The notes under the pieces: generated by a model
The model's database searches: none
Told to the model about the DNA's origin: nothing
The model's input: only the letters and a program-made list of their open reading frames with translations
Assembly (NCBI GenBank): GCA_900320365.1
Contig: ONSC01000007.1
Coordinates: 1,477-65,476 of the forward strand
Length of the DNA: 64,000 nucleotides
Reading direction: 5' to 3'
Source of the DNA: an uncultured Bacteroidales bacterium
GTDB lineage: Bacteria > Bacteroidota > Bacteroidia > Bacteroidales > UBA932
Part shown: in pieces, positions 56,122 to 64,000 of the stretch
Numbering within the stretch: the first letter of the stretch is position 1
Layout: the number at the start of each line of letters is the position of its first letter
Made by a program: the position numbers and the translations under genes

Positions 56122-56510
56122 ACGAGAATGACTTAAATATACTCCTCAGGACAAACAAACCTGTCGTGAAGGACGATCCGGCTTTCATGCTTAAAGCCAG
56201 ACAAAGGATGAGCGCTGTCGAAGGAATAAAGAATGAAGTCGACCGTCAACGGAAACACGCGCTAATCGCCCTGTCGGTAACCTTGCTCATAGGCGTGGCG
56301 GCAGGGATACTGATCGCGGTTTTCTTACTCCTTGCCCCTATTGACAGCATACGTGCTCTAATTGGGGAATGGAAACTGTACATCGAGGTCGCTGTTTCAA
56401 TCATATTCACTTTGATAGCCATCTATCTTGGAAACGGGATTTCTGTCTTTGTCAGGACTATTCCGGTGACTTCCTTGTATTTACGGGAGACAGGAAGCCG
56501 GGTACCATGA
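56118..56510 (+). CDS. putative anti-sigma factor / membrane protein
   Basis: 130 aa, with a 4-nt overlap with the sigma gene and two TM helices. The function is inferred from position only. The last ~29 codons overlap a convergent ORF. Confidence 0.4.
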   Translation: MNENDLNILLRTNKPVVKDDPAFMLKARQRMSAVEGIKNEVDRQRKHALIALSVTLLIGVAAGILIAVFLLLAPIDSIRALIGEWKLYIEVAVSIIFTLIAIYLGNGISVFVRTIPVTSLYLRETGSRVP

Positions 56511-56713
56511 ACGGAGACAACATCGGGAGATACCATCTCAGCAAGATCCGCATTGACGAGATATGACTCGATATACGCGATGTCCGCTATCCTGAGTGTC
56601 ACGCTTTTCCTGTCCGAATGGAATGTGATAGTACGGTCCGCCTGACGGAACCTCTTAAGCCAACCGGGAACCACGGGTATAGCGTTTATTGGAATATGCT
56701 GTGTGTCAACCAT
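56423..56713 (-). CDS. LytTR-like fragment (possibly a decayed gene)
   Basis: 96 aa. ...VTLRIADIAYIES followed directly by YLVNADLAEM...LPVSRKYKE resembles the first and last strands of a LytTR domain with the middle (~35-40 aa) missing. Compare the intact domain at 31824-32711. Confidence 0.3.
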   Translation of the reverse strand: MVDTQHIPINAIPVVPGWLKRFRQADRTITFHSDRKSVTLRIADIAYIESYLVNADLAEMVSPDVVSVHGTRLPVSRKYKEVTGIVLTKTEIPFPR

Positions 56714-56719
56714 TTACAG

Positions 56720-56750
56720 AAAATGAGTAGCTAATTTGGCTACTCATTTT
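56720..56750 (-). terminator. rho-independent terminator of the 2-oxoacid dehydrogenase operon
   Basis: Perfect 12-bp stem aaaatgagtagc-taatttg-gctactcatttt. On the minus strand the stem ends in TTTT followed by ctgt. It lies 39 nt downstream of the MDR dehydrogenase stop. Confidence 0.7.
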
Positions 56751-56788
56751 CTATAAAGAATTAAAAATCAATTAGTTACAAAATGACG

Positions 56789-58069
56789 CTACAGCTGGTC
56801 GGCGTGGCTGAGAAGATAATCCTCGGCCTCGATGTTCCACAGGCCGTGATGGGCCTTGCAGAGACGATCGAGCTCGGCGTAGACCGGATTGGTCTTGCCC
56901 TTCTCCTCGAACTCAGTGATCGCTGTCAAAGGCATCTCGATGTGGGTGTAGATCAACTTTTTACCACCTTTGATTTCAGGAAGACGCAAAGTGGTCTCAG
57001 GCACAACGTTCAGGCCTCCAATATGAGTAACAAGACCAGCCGGATCCATTCCCTTGCCCATGAGGTCAAGGGCCTCCTTCATGTCATCCGTATTGCCACC
57101 ACTGGTTCCAACGATATGGGTGGAGGCATAATGGACATTGTAGAAATTGAGCGGAGCCTTGAAATCAGCGCGTCCAGGGCCAGAGAAGAAATTAAGGCAG
57201 CCGTCCTGCCCGAGAATATCGTCTCCCTGCTCGATAACAGCAGGAACCGGAGCCATGACGACGACCTCATCGTAGCCGGTACCGCCGGTCAGTCCGCGAA
57301 GGTATTCAGCAGGATTTTCAACAACACCTGTATTGACATAACGGAGGTCAATCCCTCTGGAAGCGGCAAACTCCTTGGTATACAATGTCGCTGCCCTGTC
57401 CAGACGGGCCTGGTCGATGTCGGTCACGACGAACAGCGATGGCCGGCGATCCTCACGGCGCAGGACATAGTTGATCATCGCGAGACCCATCGGCCCCACA
57501 CCGGCCAGCAAGGCCATCTTGCCACCGTCCTTGATCTCCATTTTATGGACGTACGATCCGGGAGTCGTGTGATAGCAGGCATGCATGGCGCCGATCACAC
57601 AGGATAGGGGCTCGCTCAATGACGCCGGATAGAAACCCGGACCGTTATAAGAAAGAAGGCAACCTTGTTCCATCACCTCGGCGGGGATTATGATATAAGT
57701 CGCGTCACCACCGATGTACCTGTAGGAATATCCAGGTGCTGAAAGCACTCCGACCGGACCTCCCTCGTAATTGAGGGCGGGTTGGATTGAGAACTTGTCC
57801 CCAGGCTTGAACTGATCCTTCCACTTGGAGCCGACCTCAACGATCTCTCCGGCGAACTCGTGACCGATAATGGTGGGGTGCTCGGCGATGTCATTTGGAA
57901 CTCTCTTATGGTCAGTGCCTTGGTGAGAAGATTTATATGACGACATGCAGATGCTGTCGCTGACAACCTTCGCGAGGATCTCGTCATCCTTCATCGCCGG
58001 AAGCTCGAACTCATCCAGCCTCAGGTCTTCCTTGCCGTAAAGGCGTACCGCTTTAGTTTTCATATTCAT
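56789..58069 (-). CDS. zinc-dependent medium-chain dehydrogenase/reductase (long, ~426 aa, sorbose-1-phosphate-reductase-like subgroup)
   Basis: VSDSICMSSYK (Zn Cys), IIGHEFAGEIVEVG (His/Glu), and Rossmann LLAGVGPMGLAMI. It is the last gene of the E2-E3-E1 operon. Confidence 0.7.
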   Translation of the reverse strand: MNMKTKAVRLYGKEDLRLDEFELPAMKDDEILAKVVSDSICMSSYKSSHQGTDHKRVPNDIAEHPTIIGHEFAGEIVEVGSKWKDQFKPGDKFSIQPALNYEGGPVGVLSAPGYSYRYIGGDATYIIIPAEVMEQGCLLSYNGPGFYPASLSEPLSCVIGAMHACYHTTPGSYVHKMEIKDGGKMALLAGVGPMGLAMINYVLRREDRRPSLFVVTDIDQARLDRAATLYTKEFAASRGIDLRYVNTGVVENPAEYLRGLTGGTGYDEVVVMAPVPAVIEQGDDILGQDGCLNFFSGPGRADFKAPLNFYNVHYASTHIVGTSGGNTDDMKEALDLMGKGMDPAGLVTHIGGLNVVPETTLRLPEIKGGKKLIYTHIEMPLTAITEFEEKGKTNPVYAELDRLCKAHHGLWNIEAEDYLLSHADQL

Positions 58070-58073
58070 TTAA

Positions 58074-60557
58074 TTAAATACCTTTACGGGCGTGCAGACG
58101 CATCTGGGCGACAGTTTGGTTGCTCGTGGGGACATAGTCTTTAAGAGGAACGATCTTCTCATTGATCGCATCGAGGAACCATGACGGCTGAGGGAAGAAG
58201 GCTTCCTCAAGCTCGTGGCAAGGAGTGATCCAGTTGCGGGAACCAAGCACCACGGGAGCGGCATCGAGATAATCGAAGGCCATCTCTGAAATGTTGGCCG
58301 CAAGGTCGTTGAGATAAGAGCCGCGGGCGCAGGCGTCACCGGCGATGATGATGCGTCCGGTCTTCTTGACAGACTCGATAACTTTGTCGTAGTTGAACGG
58401 CACGAGGGAGCGGGCGTCGATAACCTCAGCCTCCATACCATACTTCTCCTTGAGGATGTCCGCGGCCTCAAGAGCCCTGTAAAGAGTGGCTCCAATGGTG
58501 AGGATAGTGATATCCTTTCCTGCCCTCTTGATGTCAGGCTCACCGATCGGAATCTCGTAATAACCTTCCGGAACTCCACCCTCATGGAACTTCTCGGCGA
58601 TTCCGTAAAGACGCTGACTCTCAAAGAATATGACAGGGTCAGTGCCCTGAAGAGCGGCGTTCATGAGACCCTTGGCATCGTAAGGAGTGACAGGGAAGCA
58701 AACCTTCAAGCCAGGAATGTGGGTGCAGAGGCTCGTCCAGTCCTGACTGTGCTGGGCACCATACTTGGAACCAACTGAAACTCTGACGACTACAGGCATC
58801 TTGAGAATATTCCCGGACATTGCCTGCCACTTAGGAAGCTGGTTGAATATCTCGTCTCCGCAACATCCGAGGAAGTCGCAGTACATGATCTCAGGAATCA
58901 CGCGGCCGCCGCACATAGCATAACCGATGGCGGTTCCGATAATGGCCGCCTCAGCGATCGGGCTGTTGAACAGACGGTGATACGGAAGCGCCTCAGTAAG
59001 ACCGCGATAGACAGCGAAAGCACCGCCCCACTCACGATTCTCCTCGCCATAGGCGATAAGGGAAGCGTCCTTGTAGAAACGATCCACGATAGCCTCGAAG
59101 ACTCCGTCGCGGAAGTTGTAGGATTTCATTGAGCTGACCGGTTTGCCATCCTTATCGAGCCAGAAACGCTCCTTGCCGGCTATCTGCTTGACCCTCGGAT
59201 TCTCCTCGAGAGGCATAAGCACATCGGGCTTGGCGTTGGAAAGGGAGTCAATGCTCTGGTTGGAGAACATCATCTCTCCAAGAAGCTCATCTTGCTTCAC
59301 AAGATCCATCCTAGGGGAAACCTCCTCATCGATAGCGAGTTTGTAGCACTCGAAGATGTTGGAGTTGACCTCGGCGCGGATAGCGTCAAGGGCAGCCTGG
59401 TCGGCCACGCCAGCCTCAATCAGCTTCTTTCCGAAGGCGACAATGCAGTCTTCCTTCTCCCAAGCCTCAATCTCTTCCTTGGTGCGGTAAGAGCTCTGGT
59501 CGGACGGGGAATGGCCGCTGTAGCGGTAAGTCACGACATCCAGGAGGGCCGGTCCCTTCTTCTCGAGAAGATAGGCCTTCTTGCGATAGAAAGCGTCTAT
59601 GACAGCGAGGGGGTTGTATCCGTCCACTCTCTCGGCGTCCATGGCGTCAGCCTTGAATCCCGCGCCCAGACGAGCAGGGAAGGTGTAGCCCATGGTCTCA
59701 CCCTTGGTCTGACCACCCATGGCGTACTGGTTGTCCATAACGTTGAACAGAACTGGAAGGCCACCCTTCATGTCACCCTCCCAGAGGGTATTGAACTGGT
59801 CCATAGAGGCGAAAGTCATACCCTCGAGCACAGGGCCGCGAGCCATGGCACCATCACCAAGGTTGGCGACAACAATACCTTTCTTCCTGTTGACCTTCTT
59901 GTAAAGAGCCGCTCCAACGGCGATCGAGCCGCTACCACCGACGATGGCGTTGTTCGGATATATTCCGAAAGGAGTGAAGAAGGTGTGCATAGAACCGCCG
60001 AGTCCCTTGTTGAAACCGGTTGTGCGGGCGAAAATCTCAGCCATGGCTCCATAGAGCAGGAAGCGGATTCCGAGTTCCTTTGTGTCAGTCCCGGAATATG
60101 CCTTCTTGGCCACATTCAGTGTGGCACCGCCCCAGAACTCTTCCATAACCTTCTTGAGTTCATCCTCAGGAAGGATCTGAATGGAGCGGAGTCCCTTGGC
60201 GAGAATCTCACCGTGGGAACGATGGCTTCCGAAAATGAAGTCATTGGTGTCAAGGGCATAAGCCATACCTACCGCAGCGGCCTCTTGGCCGGCGGAAAGG
60301 TGGGCGGGACCTGGATTGTTGTATGCGACACCGTTGTAACCTCCGGTGGTCTTGACGAGGTTGAGCATGGTCTCGAACTCACGGATGTAGGACATATCCC
60401 TGAATATCCGGAGAAGATCCTCTTTGGAGAAACGGCCGTCCTTGAGCTCTTCCTTGACGGTCTTGTTGTATTTCATTACCGGAATGACCGGGAGTTTGAG
60501 CTCATGTTCCTGGGGACGCAGTGTGACTTCAGGATCGATATATAGTGCTTTTGGCAT
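58074..60557 (-). CDS. 2-oxoacid dehydrogenase E1 component, fused alpha and beta subunits (TPP-dependent)
   Basis: 827 aa. The alpha part has ...GPAHLSAGQEAAAVG...GSHRSHGE...NLGDGAMARGPVLE. The beta part has ...FNSPIAEAAIIGTAIGYAMCGGR...VVRVSVGSKYGAQHSQD. Confidence 0.85.
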   Translation of the reverse strand: MPKALYIDPEVTLRPQEHELKLPVIPVMKYNKTVKEELKDGRFSKEDLLRIFRDMSYIREFETMLNLVKTTGGYNGVAYNNPGPAHLSAGQEAAAVGMAYALDTNDFIFGSHRSHGEILAKGLRSIQILPEDELKKVMEEFWGGATLNVAKKAYSGTDTKELGIRFLLYGAMAEIFARTTGFNKGLGGSMHTFFTPFGIYPNNAIVGGSGSIAVGAALYKKVNRKKGIVVANLGDGAMARGPVLEGMTFASMDQFNTLWEGDMKGGLPVLFNVMDNQYAMGGQTKGETMGYTFPARLGAGFKADAMDAERVDGYNPLAVIDAFYRKKAYLLEKKGPALLDVVTYRYSGHSPSDQSSYRTKEEIEAWEKEDCIVAFGKKLIEAGVADQAALDAIRAEVNSNIFECYKLAIDEEVSPRMDLVKQDELLGEMMFSNQSIDSLSNAKPDVLMPLEENPRVKQIAGKERFWLDKDGKPVSSMKSYNFRDGVFEAIVDRFYKDASLIAYGEENREWGGAFAVYRGLTEALPYHRLFNSPIAEAAIIGTAIGYAMCGGRVIPEIMYCDFLGCCGDEIFNQLPKWQAMSGNILKMPVVVRVSVGSKYGAQHSQDWTSLCTHIPGLKVCFPVTPYDAKGLMNAALQGTDPVIFFESQRLYGIAEKFHEGGVPEGYYEIPIGEPDIKRAGKDITILTIGATLYRALEAADILKEKYGMEAEVIDARSLVPFNYDKVIESVKKTGRIIIAGDACARGSYLNDLAANISEMAFDYLDAAPVVLGSRNWITPCHELEEAFFPQPSWFLDAINEKIVPLKDYVPTSNQTVAQMRLHARKGI

Positions 60558-60568
60558 GGTTTGACTTA

Positions 60569-61945
60569 TTAAATTGTGAATGATGTTTCTTTAATGATCT
60601 CTGACACGGTAGGGTGCGGGAAAACCACCTCCTGAAGTTGCTCAAGAGTCATCTCTGTCTCAATAGCGACACAGGCGGCGCTTATGATCTCGGAGCAGGG
60701 GTTGCCAAGCATGTGGACACCCAGGACCTCATGGTACTTCGCCCCGACAATCACCTTGCATATTCCCTCTCCCCTCTCATTCTCAGCCACGAAACGGCCG
60801 GCATAAGCCATAGGCAGCTTAACCACCTTATAGTCAACGCCTTTCGCCTTTGCCTCGGCCTCGGTGAGTCCGACTCCAGCGACCTCAGGATTGGTGTAAA
60901 CCACTCCGGGAATGGCATTGTAGCGCATCCTATCCTCTTTTCCGAGAATACTATTGACAGCAACCTCACCTTCACGGGAAGCAGTGTGGGCAAGCATTGA
61001 GAACCCTGTAACATCACCGGCGGCATACACACCGGGAACATTTGTCTTCATCTTCTCGTCCACCTTGATTCCGTAAGGTCTTCCCGCGGGATTGAGAGCC
61101 AACTCAACACCTATATTCTCAAGGCCGAAGCCCTGGAGATTGGCCCTACGGCCGACACTGACCAGGATCTTATCACCACTTACACGGCAAACCTTGCCTT
61201 CGGGATCCTCGTATACGACGGTATTGCCCTCAATTCCAGTCACCTTGCAACGCAGGCAGAACTGGACACCTTTCTTCTCATACTGCTTTTGGAGCATATC
61301 GCTGATCTCGTCATCAAGAGGACCAAGAATCTTCGGAAGCATCTCAACCACAGTGACTTTTGTGCCAAGTGTGCTGAAGAAAGCGGCGAACTCCATACCG
61401 ATGACACCGCCTCCGATCACAACCAGCTCCTCAGGGCGCTCGGTCATGTCCAGGATCTCACGATTGGTCACGATTACGTCACCAGCCTCTTTCAGTCCAG
61501 GGAACGGAGGGACCGCGGCCTCGGAGCCAGTGCAAATCAAAAGATTCTTGGCCGCGTAGACATTCCCGCCAGCCTCGATCTTGATGCCCTCGCTGTCACG
61601 TCCCTGGATTGTGGCGTTCTCAGCCACGACCTCGACCTTATTACCCTTCATCGCGGCTTTCACACCTCCGACAAGTTTCTTGACAACCTTGTTCTTGCGG
61701 GCCACGATCTCATCATACTTGAACGAGGGATCGTTCACATAGACTCCGTAATGGTCGCCAGTCATGGCGTAATTGTAAACCTTGGCGCTGTAAAGGAGAG
61801 TCTTGGTCGGGATGCAACCCTCATTGAGGCACACTCCGCCAAGCGACTTCCTCTCGAATAGAACCACCTTTAATCCAGCGGCTCCCGCCCTTTCGGCGGC
61901 CACATAACCACCGGGGCCGCCACCGATAATCGCTAAATCGTACAT
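60569..61945 (-). CDS. lpdA: dihydrolipoyl dehydrogenase (E3)
   Basis: 458 aa. YDLAIIGGGPGGYVAA, redox-active GGVCLNEGCIPTK, and C-terminal HPTVSE. Confidence 0.9.
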   Translation of the reverse strand: MYDLAIIGGGPGGYVAAERAGAAGLKVVLFERKSLGGVCLNEGCIPTKTLLYSAKVYNYAMTGDHYGVYVNDPSFKYDEIVARKNKVVKKLVGGVKAAMKGNKVEVVAENATIQGRDSEGIKIEAGGNVYAAKNLLICTGSEAAVPPFPGLKEAGDVIVTNREILDMTERPEELVVIGGGVIGMEFAAFFSTLGTKVTVVEMLPKILGPLDDEISDMLQKQYEKKGVQFCLRCKVTGIEGNTVVYEDPEGKVCRVSGDKILVSVGRRANLQGFGLENIGVELALNPAGRPYGIKVDEKMKTNVPGVYAAGDVTGFSMLAHTASREGEVAVNSILGKEDRMRYNAIPGVVYTNPEVAGVGLTEAEAKAKGVDYKVVKLPMAYAGRFVAENERGEGICKVIVGAKYHEVLGVHMLGNPCSEIISAACVAIETEMTLEQLQEVVFPHPTVSEIIKETSFTI

Positions 61946-61973
61946 ATCTGAATTTGAATTATATCCTTATTCG

Positions 61974-63359
61974 TCAGAACTCAATGTCCAGAGTCTCTAT
62001 CTCTGTCGCCACTTGTTTGAGGAAACGGGTGGCCTCACCGCCATCGAGAGCCCTATGGTCATAGGTCAGGGAAAGACCCAAGTAAGGCACAAAAGCGATG
62101 ACTCCGCCGCCAAGATCCTTCGGACGAGGGACAATGGTGCCGACTCCGAGAATCCCGCTCTGGGGAAGGTTGATAACGGGAGTGAACCACTCGACACCGA
62201 AACCACCGAGATTGGAGACCGTGAAGGACGCCGCCTCAGAAGACAGCAAGTCAGGATTGATACTACCCTTACGGCAATCATCAGCGACCTGCTTGAGAGC
62301 CTTGCTCAATTCCGTTATAGAGAGATTCTCGGCGTGCTTGATACAAGGGACCATAAGCCCGCGCTCAGTGTCAACCGCACATCCTAGATTGACGGTGTTG
62401 AATATCCTCATGGAATCGCCGAGGCAGTGGGAATTGACTTTAGGAAATTTTTGGAGAGCCTTGATCACCGCGAAACAGACGAAGTCGTTGATGGTGACAT
62501 TGGCGTCGATCTTTCCTTCTTCCAGAGCTTTCTTGGCTTTCTTTCGGAGTGCCTGGATCTTTCTCGCGTCAGCGCCGAGCATATGGGTAAGTTGCGCGGA
62601 GTTCTGCAGGGAATTGTACATGCTCTTGGCGATGAGCTTGCGCATATTGGACATCTTCTCCACCTGGAACTCGGAGCCTTCTCCGGCGATGTCGGTGTGG
62701 GATGGCTTCCGTGTCTTGAGGTCGCTTCCCTTCACCATGCCGGCGAGGCCTGTCCCACTCGCTGGCGCCCGCAGTCCACCCTCAGCCATCATGGCCTTGG
62801 CGAGGCCTGATCTTGGAGAAGCCGCGGCAGCTATGACATCCCGCTCAATCACCCTGCCTCCAGGGCCGGAACCCGCGATTTGATTCGGGTCCACGCCTTT
62901 CTCTTCCGCCAGACGCTTGGCACGGGGTGAGACTCCGGCATTGGAGGATGCTCCCCCAGACACCGTCTCGCTCCGCTCGACCCCACCGTTCGCTTCGCTC
63001 ACGGTCCCCCCTCTTAACGTGCCGAGGGTGGCAGTGGTGTCCTGGGGGACATCCTCCACTGCCGGAGCAGCCGCGGCGGCGGGAGCCTCACCTCCGGGAG
63101 CGAACTCCTCGAAAGACTCCCCGGGCTCGCCGATGACCATCACGTTGGTCAGGCACGGAATCTCGTCATTATCATTGAAAAAGCAGGCTAAGACGGTCCC
63201 CTCGAACTTCGATTCCTCGTCAAATGAAGCCTTGTCGGTCTCATAGCTGAAAAGGATGTCTCCGACGGCGACCTTGTCGCCCACTTTCTTCTTGAACTCA
63301 GTTACGATGCAGCTTTCTACAGATTGCCCCTGCTTGGGCATTATCACTACTTGCGCCAT
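61974..63359 (-). CDS. dihydrolipoamide acyltransferase (E2) with foreign in-frame insertion in the first linker
   Basis: 461 aa. Lipoyl domain (…FSYETDKASFD…), E3-binding domain (VSPRAKRLAEEKGVDPNQIAGSGPGGRVIERDV), and catalytic domain ending LTYDHRALDGGEATRFL. Confidence 0.9.
   Translation of the reverse strand: MAQVVIMPKQGQSVESCIVTEFKKKVGDKVAVGDILFSYETDKASFDEESKFEGTVLACFFNDNDEIPCLTNVMVIGEPGESFEEFAPGGEAPAAAAAPAVEDVPQDTTATLGTLRGGTVSEANGGVERSETVSGGASSNAGVSPRAKRLAEEKGVDPNQIAGSGPGGRVIERDVIAAAASPRSGLAKAMMAEGGLRAPASGTGLAGMVKGSDLKTRKPSHTDIAGEGSEFQVEKMSNMRKLIAKSMYNSLQNSAQLTHMLGADARKIQALRKKAKKALEEGKIDANVTINDFVCFAVIKALQKFPKVNSHCLGDSMRIFNTVNLGCAVDTERGLMVPCIKHAENLSITELSKALKQVADDCRKGSINPDLLSSEAASFTVSNLGGFGVEWFTPVINLPQSGILGVGTIVPRPKDLGGGVIAFVPYLGLSLTYDHRALDGGEATRFLKQVATEIETLDIEF
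62935..63066. repeat. GC-rich palindromic element (copy 2), in-frame in the E2 inter-domain linker
   Basis: About 30-nt terminal inverted repeats (62935-62964 and 63036-63065). The central block 63002-63032 matches the reverse complement of 9642-9672. It contains the TTCGCTTCGCTCA core at 62989-63001. Confidence 0.7.
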
Positions 63360-63396
63360 TAATTATGATTTTTATACGGCCCACCAAAAGACCATA

Positions 63397-63404
63397 CAAA
63401 GTTA
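63397..63404 (-). promoter_or_regulatory. -7 box TAACTTTG for the E2-E3-E1-MDR operon
   Basis: Plus-strand caaagtta lies 38 nt upstream of the E2 ATG (63359). Confidence 0.4.
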
Positions 63405-63431
63405 AAATTTCCTGTTGAGATAAAAAAGGAT

Positions 63432-63439
63432 TATATTTG
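63432..63439 (+). promoter_or_regulatory. -7 box TATATTTG for the transketolase gene
   Basis: TATATTTG lies 51 nt upstream of the ATG at 63490. Confidence 0.4.
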
Positions 63440-63489
63440 TATGCTTTACACAAAAAGCATTATTCAAACTAAAAATATCAAACACCAAA

Positions 63490-64000
63490 ATGCGATCAAC
63501 AGAAGATCTGAAGAAGATTGCCTCTCAAGTCAGAAGAGACATCATCAGGATGGTCGCCCTGGCCAAGTCCGGTCATCCGGGCGGTTCCATGAGCAGCACG
63601 GATTTCATGACTGCACTCTATTTTGAAGTCATGGATCAGGATCCAGCCACCTGGACCCGTGAGGGAGCTGGTCAGGACACTTTCATCCTCTCCGCCGGGC
63701 ACCTCACCCCCATGTATTATTCAATCCTCTCAAGAGCCGGATATTTCCCTCTCTCTGAGTTGGCCAGTTTCCGCAAGTTCGGGACCCGTCTCCAGGGACA
63801 TCCTTCCGTGAGGAAAGGACTTCCGGGAGTGTTCCAGGCCGCGGGGTCGCTGGGTCAGGGGCTTTCAGTTGCCGTCGGAATGGCTCTCGGCAAGAAATCC
63901 ACCAAGGATAATCACAATGTGTACGTGCTTTGCGGTGATGGAGAGTCCGAGGAAGGCCAGATCTGGGAGGCCGCCATGTTCGCCGCCCATCACAAGGTTG
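63490..64000 (+). CDS. transketolase, N-terminal (TPP-binding) subunit, 5' part (runs off window end)
   Basis: Not in the ORF track (no stop). My translation from ATG 63490: MRSTEDLKKIASQVRRDIIRMVALAKSGHPGGSMSSTDFMTALYFEVM...SAGHLTPMYYSIL...RLQGHP...GSLGQGLSVAVGMAL...VLCGDGESEEGQIWEAAMFAAHHKV is the split-transketolase N-terminal subunit pattern. Confidence 0.85.
   Translation, partial: MRSTEDLKKIASQVRRDIIRMVALAKSGHPGGSMSSTDFMTALYFEVMDQDPATWTREGAGQDTFILSAGHLTPMYYSILSRAGYFPLSELASFRKFGTRLQGHPSVRKGLPGVFQAAGSLGQGLSVAVGMALGKKSTKDNHNVYVLCGDGESEEGQIWEAAMFAAHHKV

Noticed and set aside
59292-60545. 417-aa plus-strand ORF, the longest of many long ORFs antisense to annotated genes. Others include 6319-6906 and 7265-7981 (antisense to malQ), 19380-20111 (MFP), 56783-57607 (MDR), 62098-62883 (E2), 49574-50485 and 45738-46445.
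   Set aside because: Each lies entirely opposite a gene with strong, motif-level family identity. Their translations are low-complexity, with no recognisable motifs. They are shadow ORFs.
1-64000. I searched for CRISPR arrays, tRNA/rRNA genes, IS elements, integrases, toxin-antitoxin pairs and known defence gene families.
   Set aside because: I saw no regularly spaced direct repeats, no cloverleaf-capable spacers (all intergenic gaps are under 200 bp) and no transposase-, recombinase- or nuclease-like ORFs. The window appears to be core chromosome rather than an accessory island.

Overview
The window holds about 60 tightly packed genes from what looks like a Bacteroidales (Bacteroidota) chromosome. 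Support for that origin: roughly 50% GC, recurrent TAnnTTTG -7 promoter boxes, and GldH-, BACON/DUF4988-, DUF2723-, DUF4271- and DUF4293-type genes.

The content is overwhelmingly core or housekeeping:
- polysaccharide-export permease plus glycosyltransferase (window edge), threonine aldolase, and a large surface lipoprotein
- malQ, U32 peptidase, trmB, and the gldH-PSP1-holB-polyprenyl synthase-LOG block
- thioredoxin and a TolC-MFP-RND efflux operon
- lgt, pgk, yidD-rnpA and a hemD-like gene
- SUI1, a DUF2723 membrane protein, and a stand-alone fabH-fabF-fabZ-rluA operon
- an AraC regulator, two YitT paralogs and leuS
- a SPOR-M28-TonB_C lipoprotein and a carboxyltransferase
- a heparinase II/III-like, HGSNAT-like, MFS, M14-like, HAD cluster
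- lplA, an ECF sigma module, an E2-E3-E1(alpha/beta fusion)-MDR 2-oxoacid dehydrogenase operon, and the start of a split transketolase

I found no rRNA, tRNA, CRISPR, transposase, integrase, phage or recognisable defence genes. I therefore cannot point to a gene-encoded novel system.

The unusual signals are at the DNA level:
1. A GC-rich, multi-hairpin palindromic element of about 130-140 nt is present in two related copies. Both are inserted in-frame inside conserved genes (trmB, and the E2 acyltransferase linker). This resembles Rickettsia-palindromic-element behaviour.
2. A 13-nt core, TGAGCGAAGCGAA, is shared by the E2 copy, an lplA coding loop and the lgt/tolC intergenic spacer.
3. leuS is broken by a frame-shifting internal deletion in the leucine-specific region.

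Lesser oddities:
- the ACP-less fab operon sits next to a membrane LytTR protein
- the carboxyltransferase has a biotinyl-like domain lacking the MKM lysine
- several proteins have unusual multi-domain fusions
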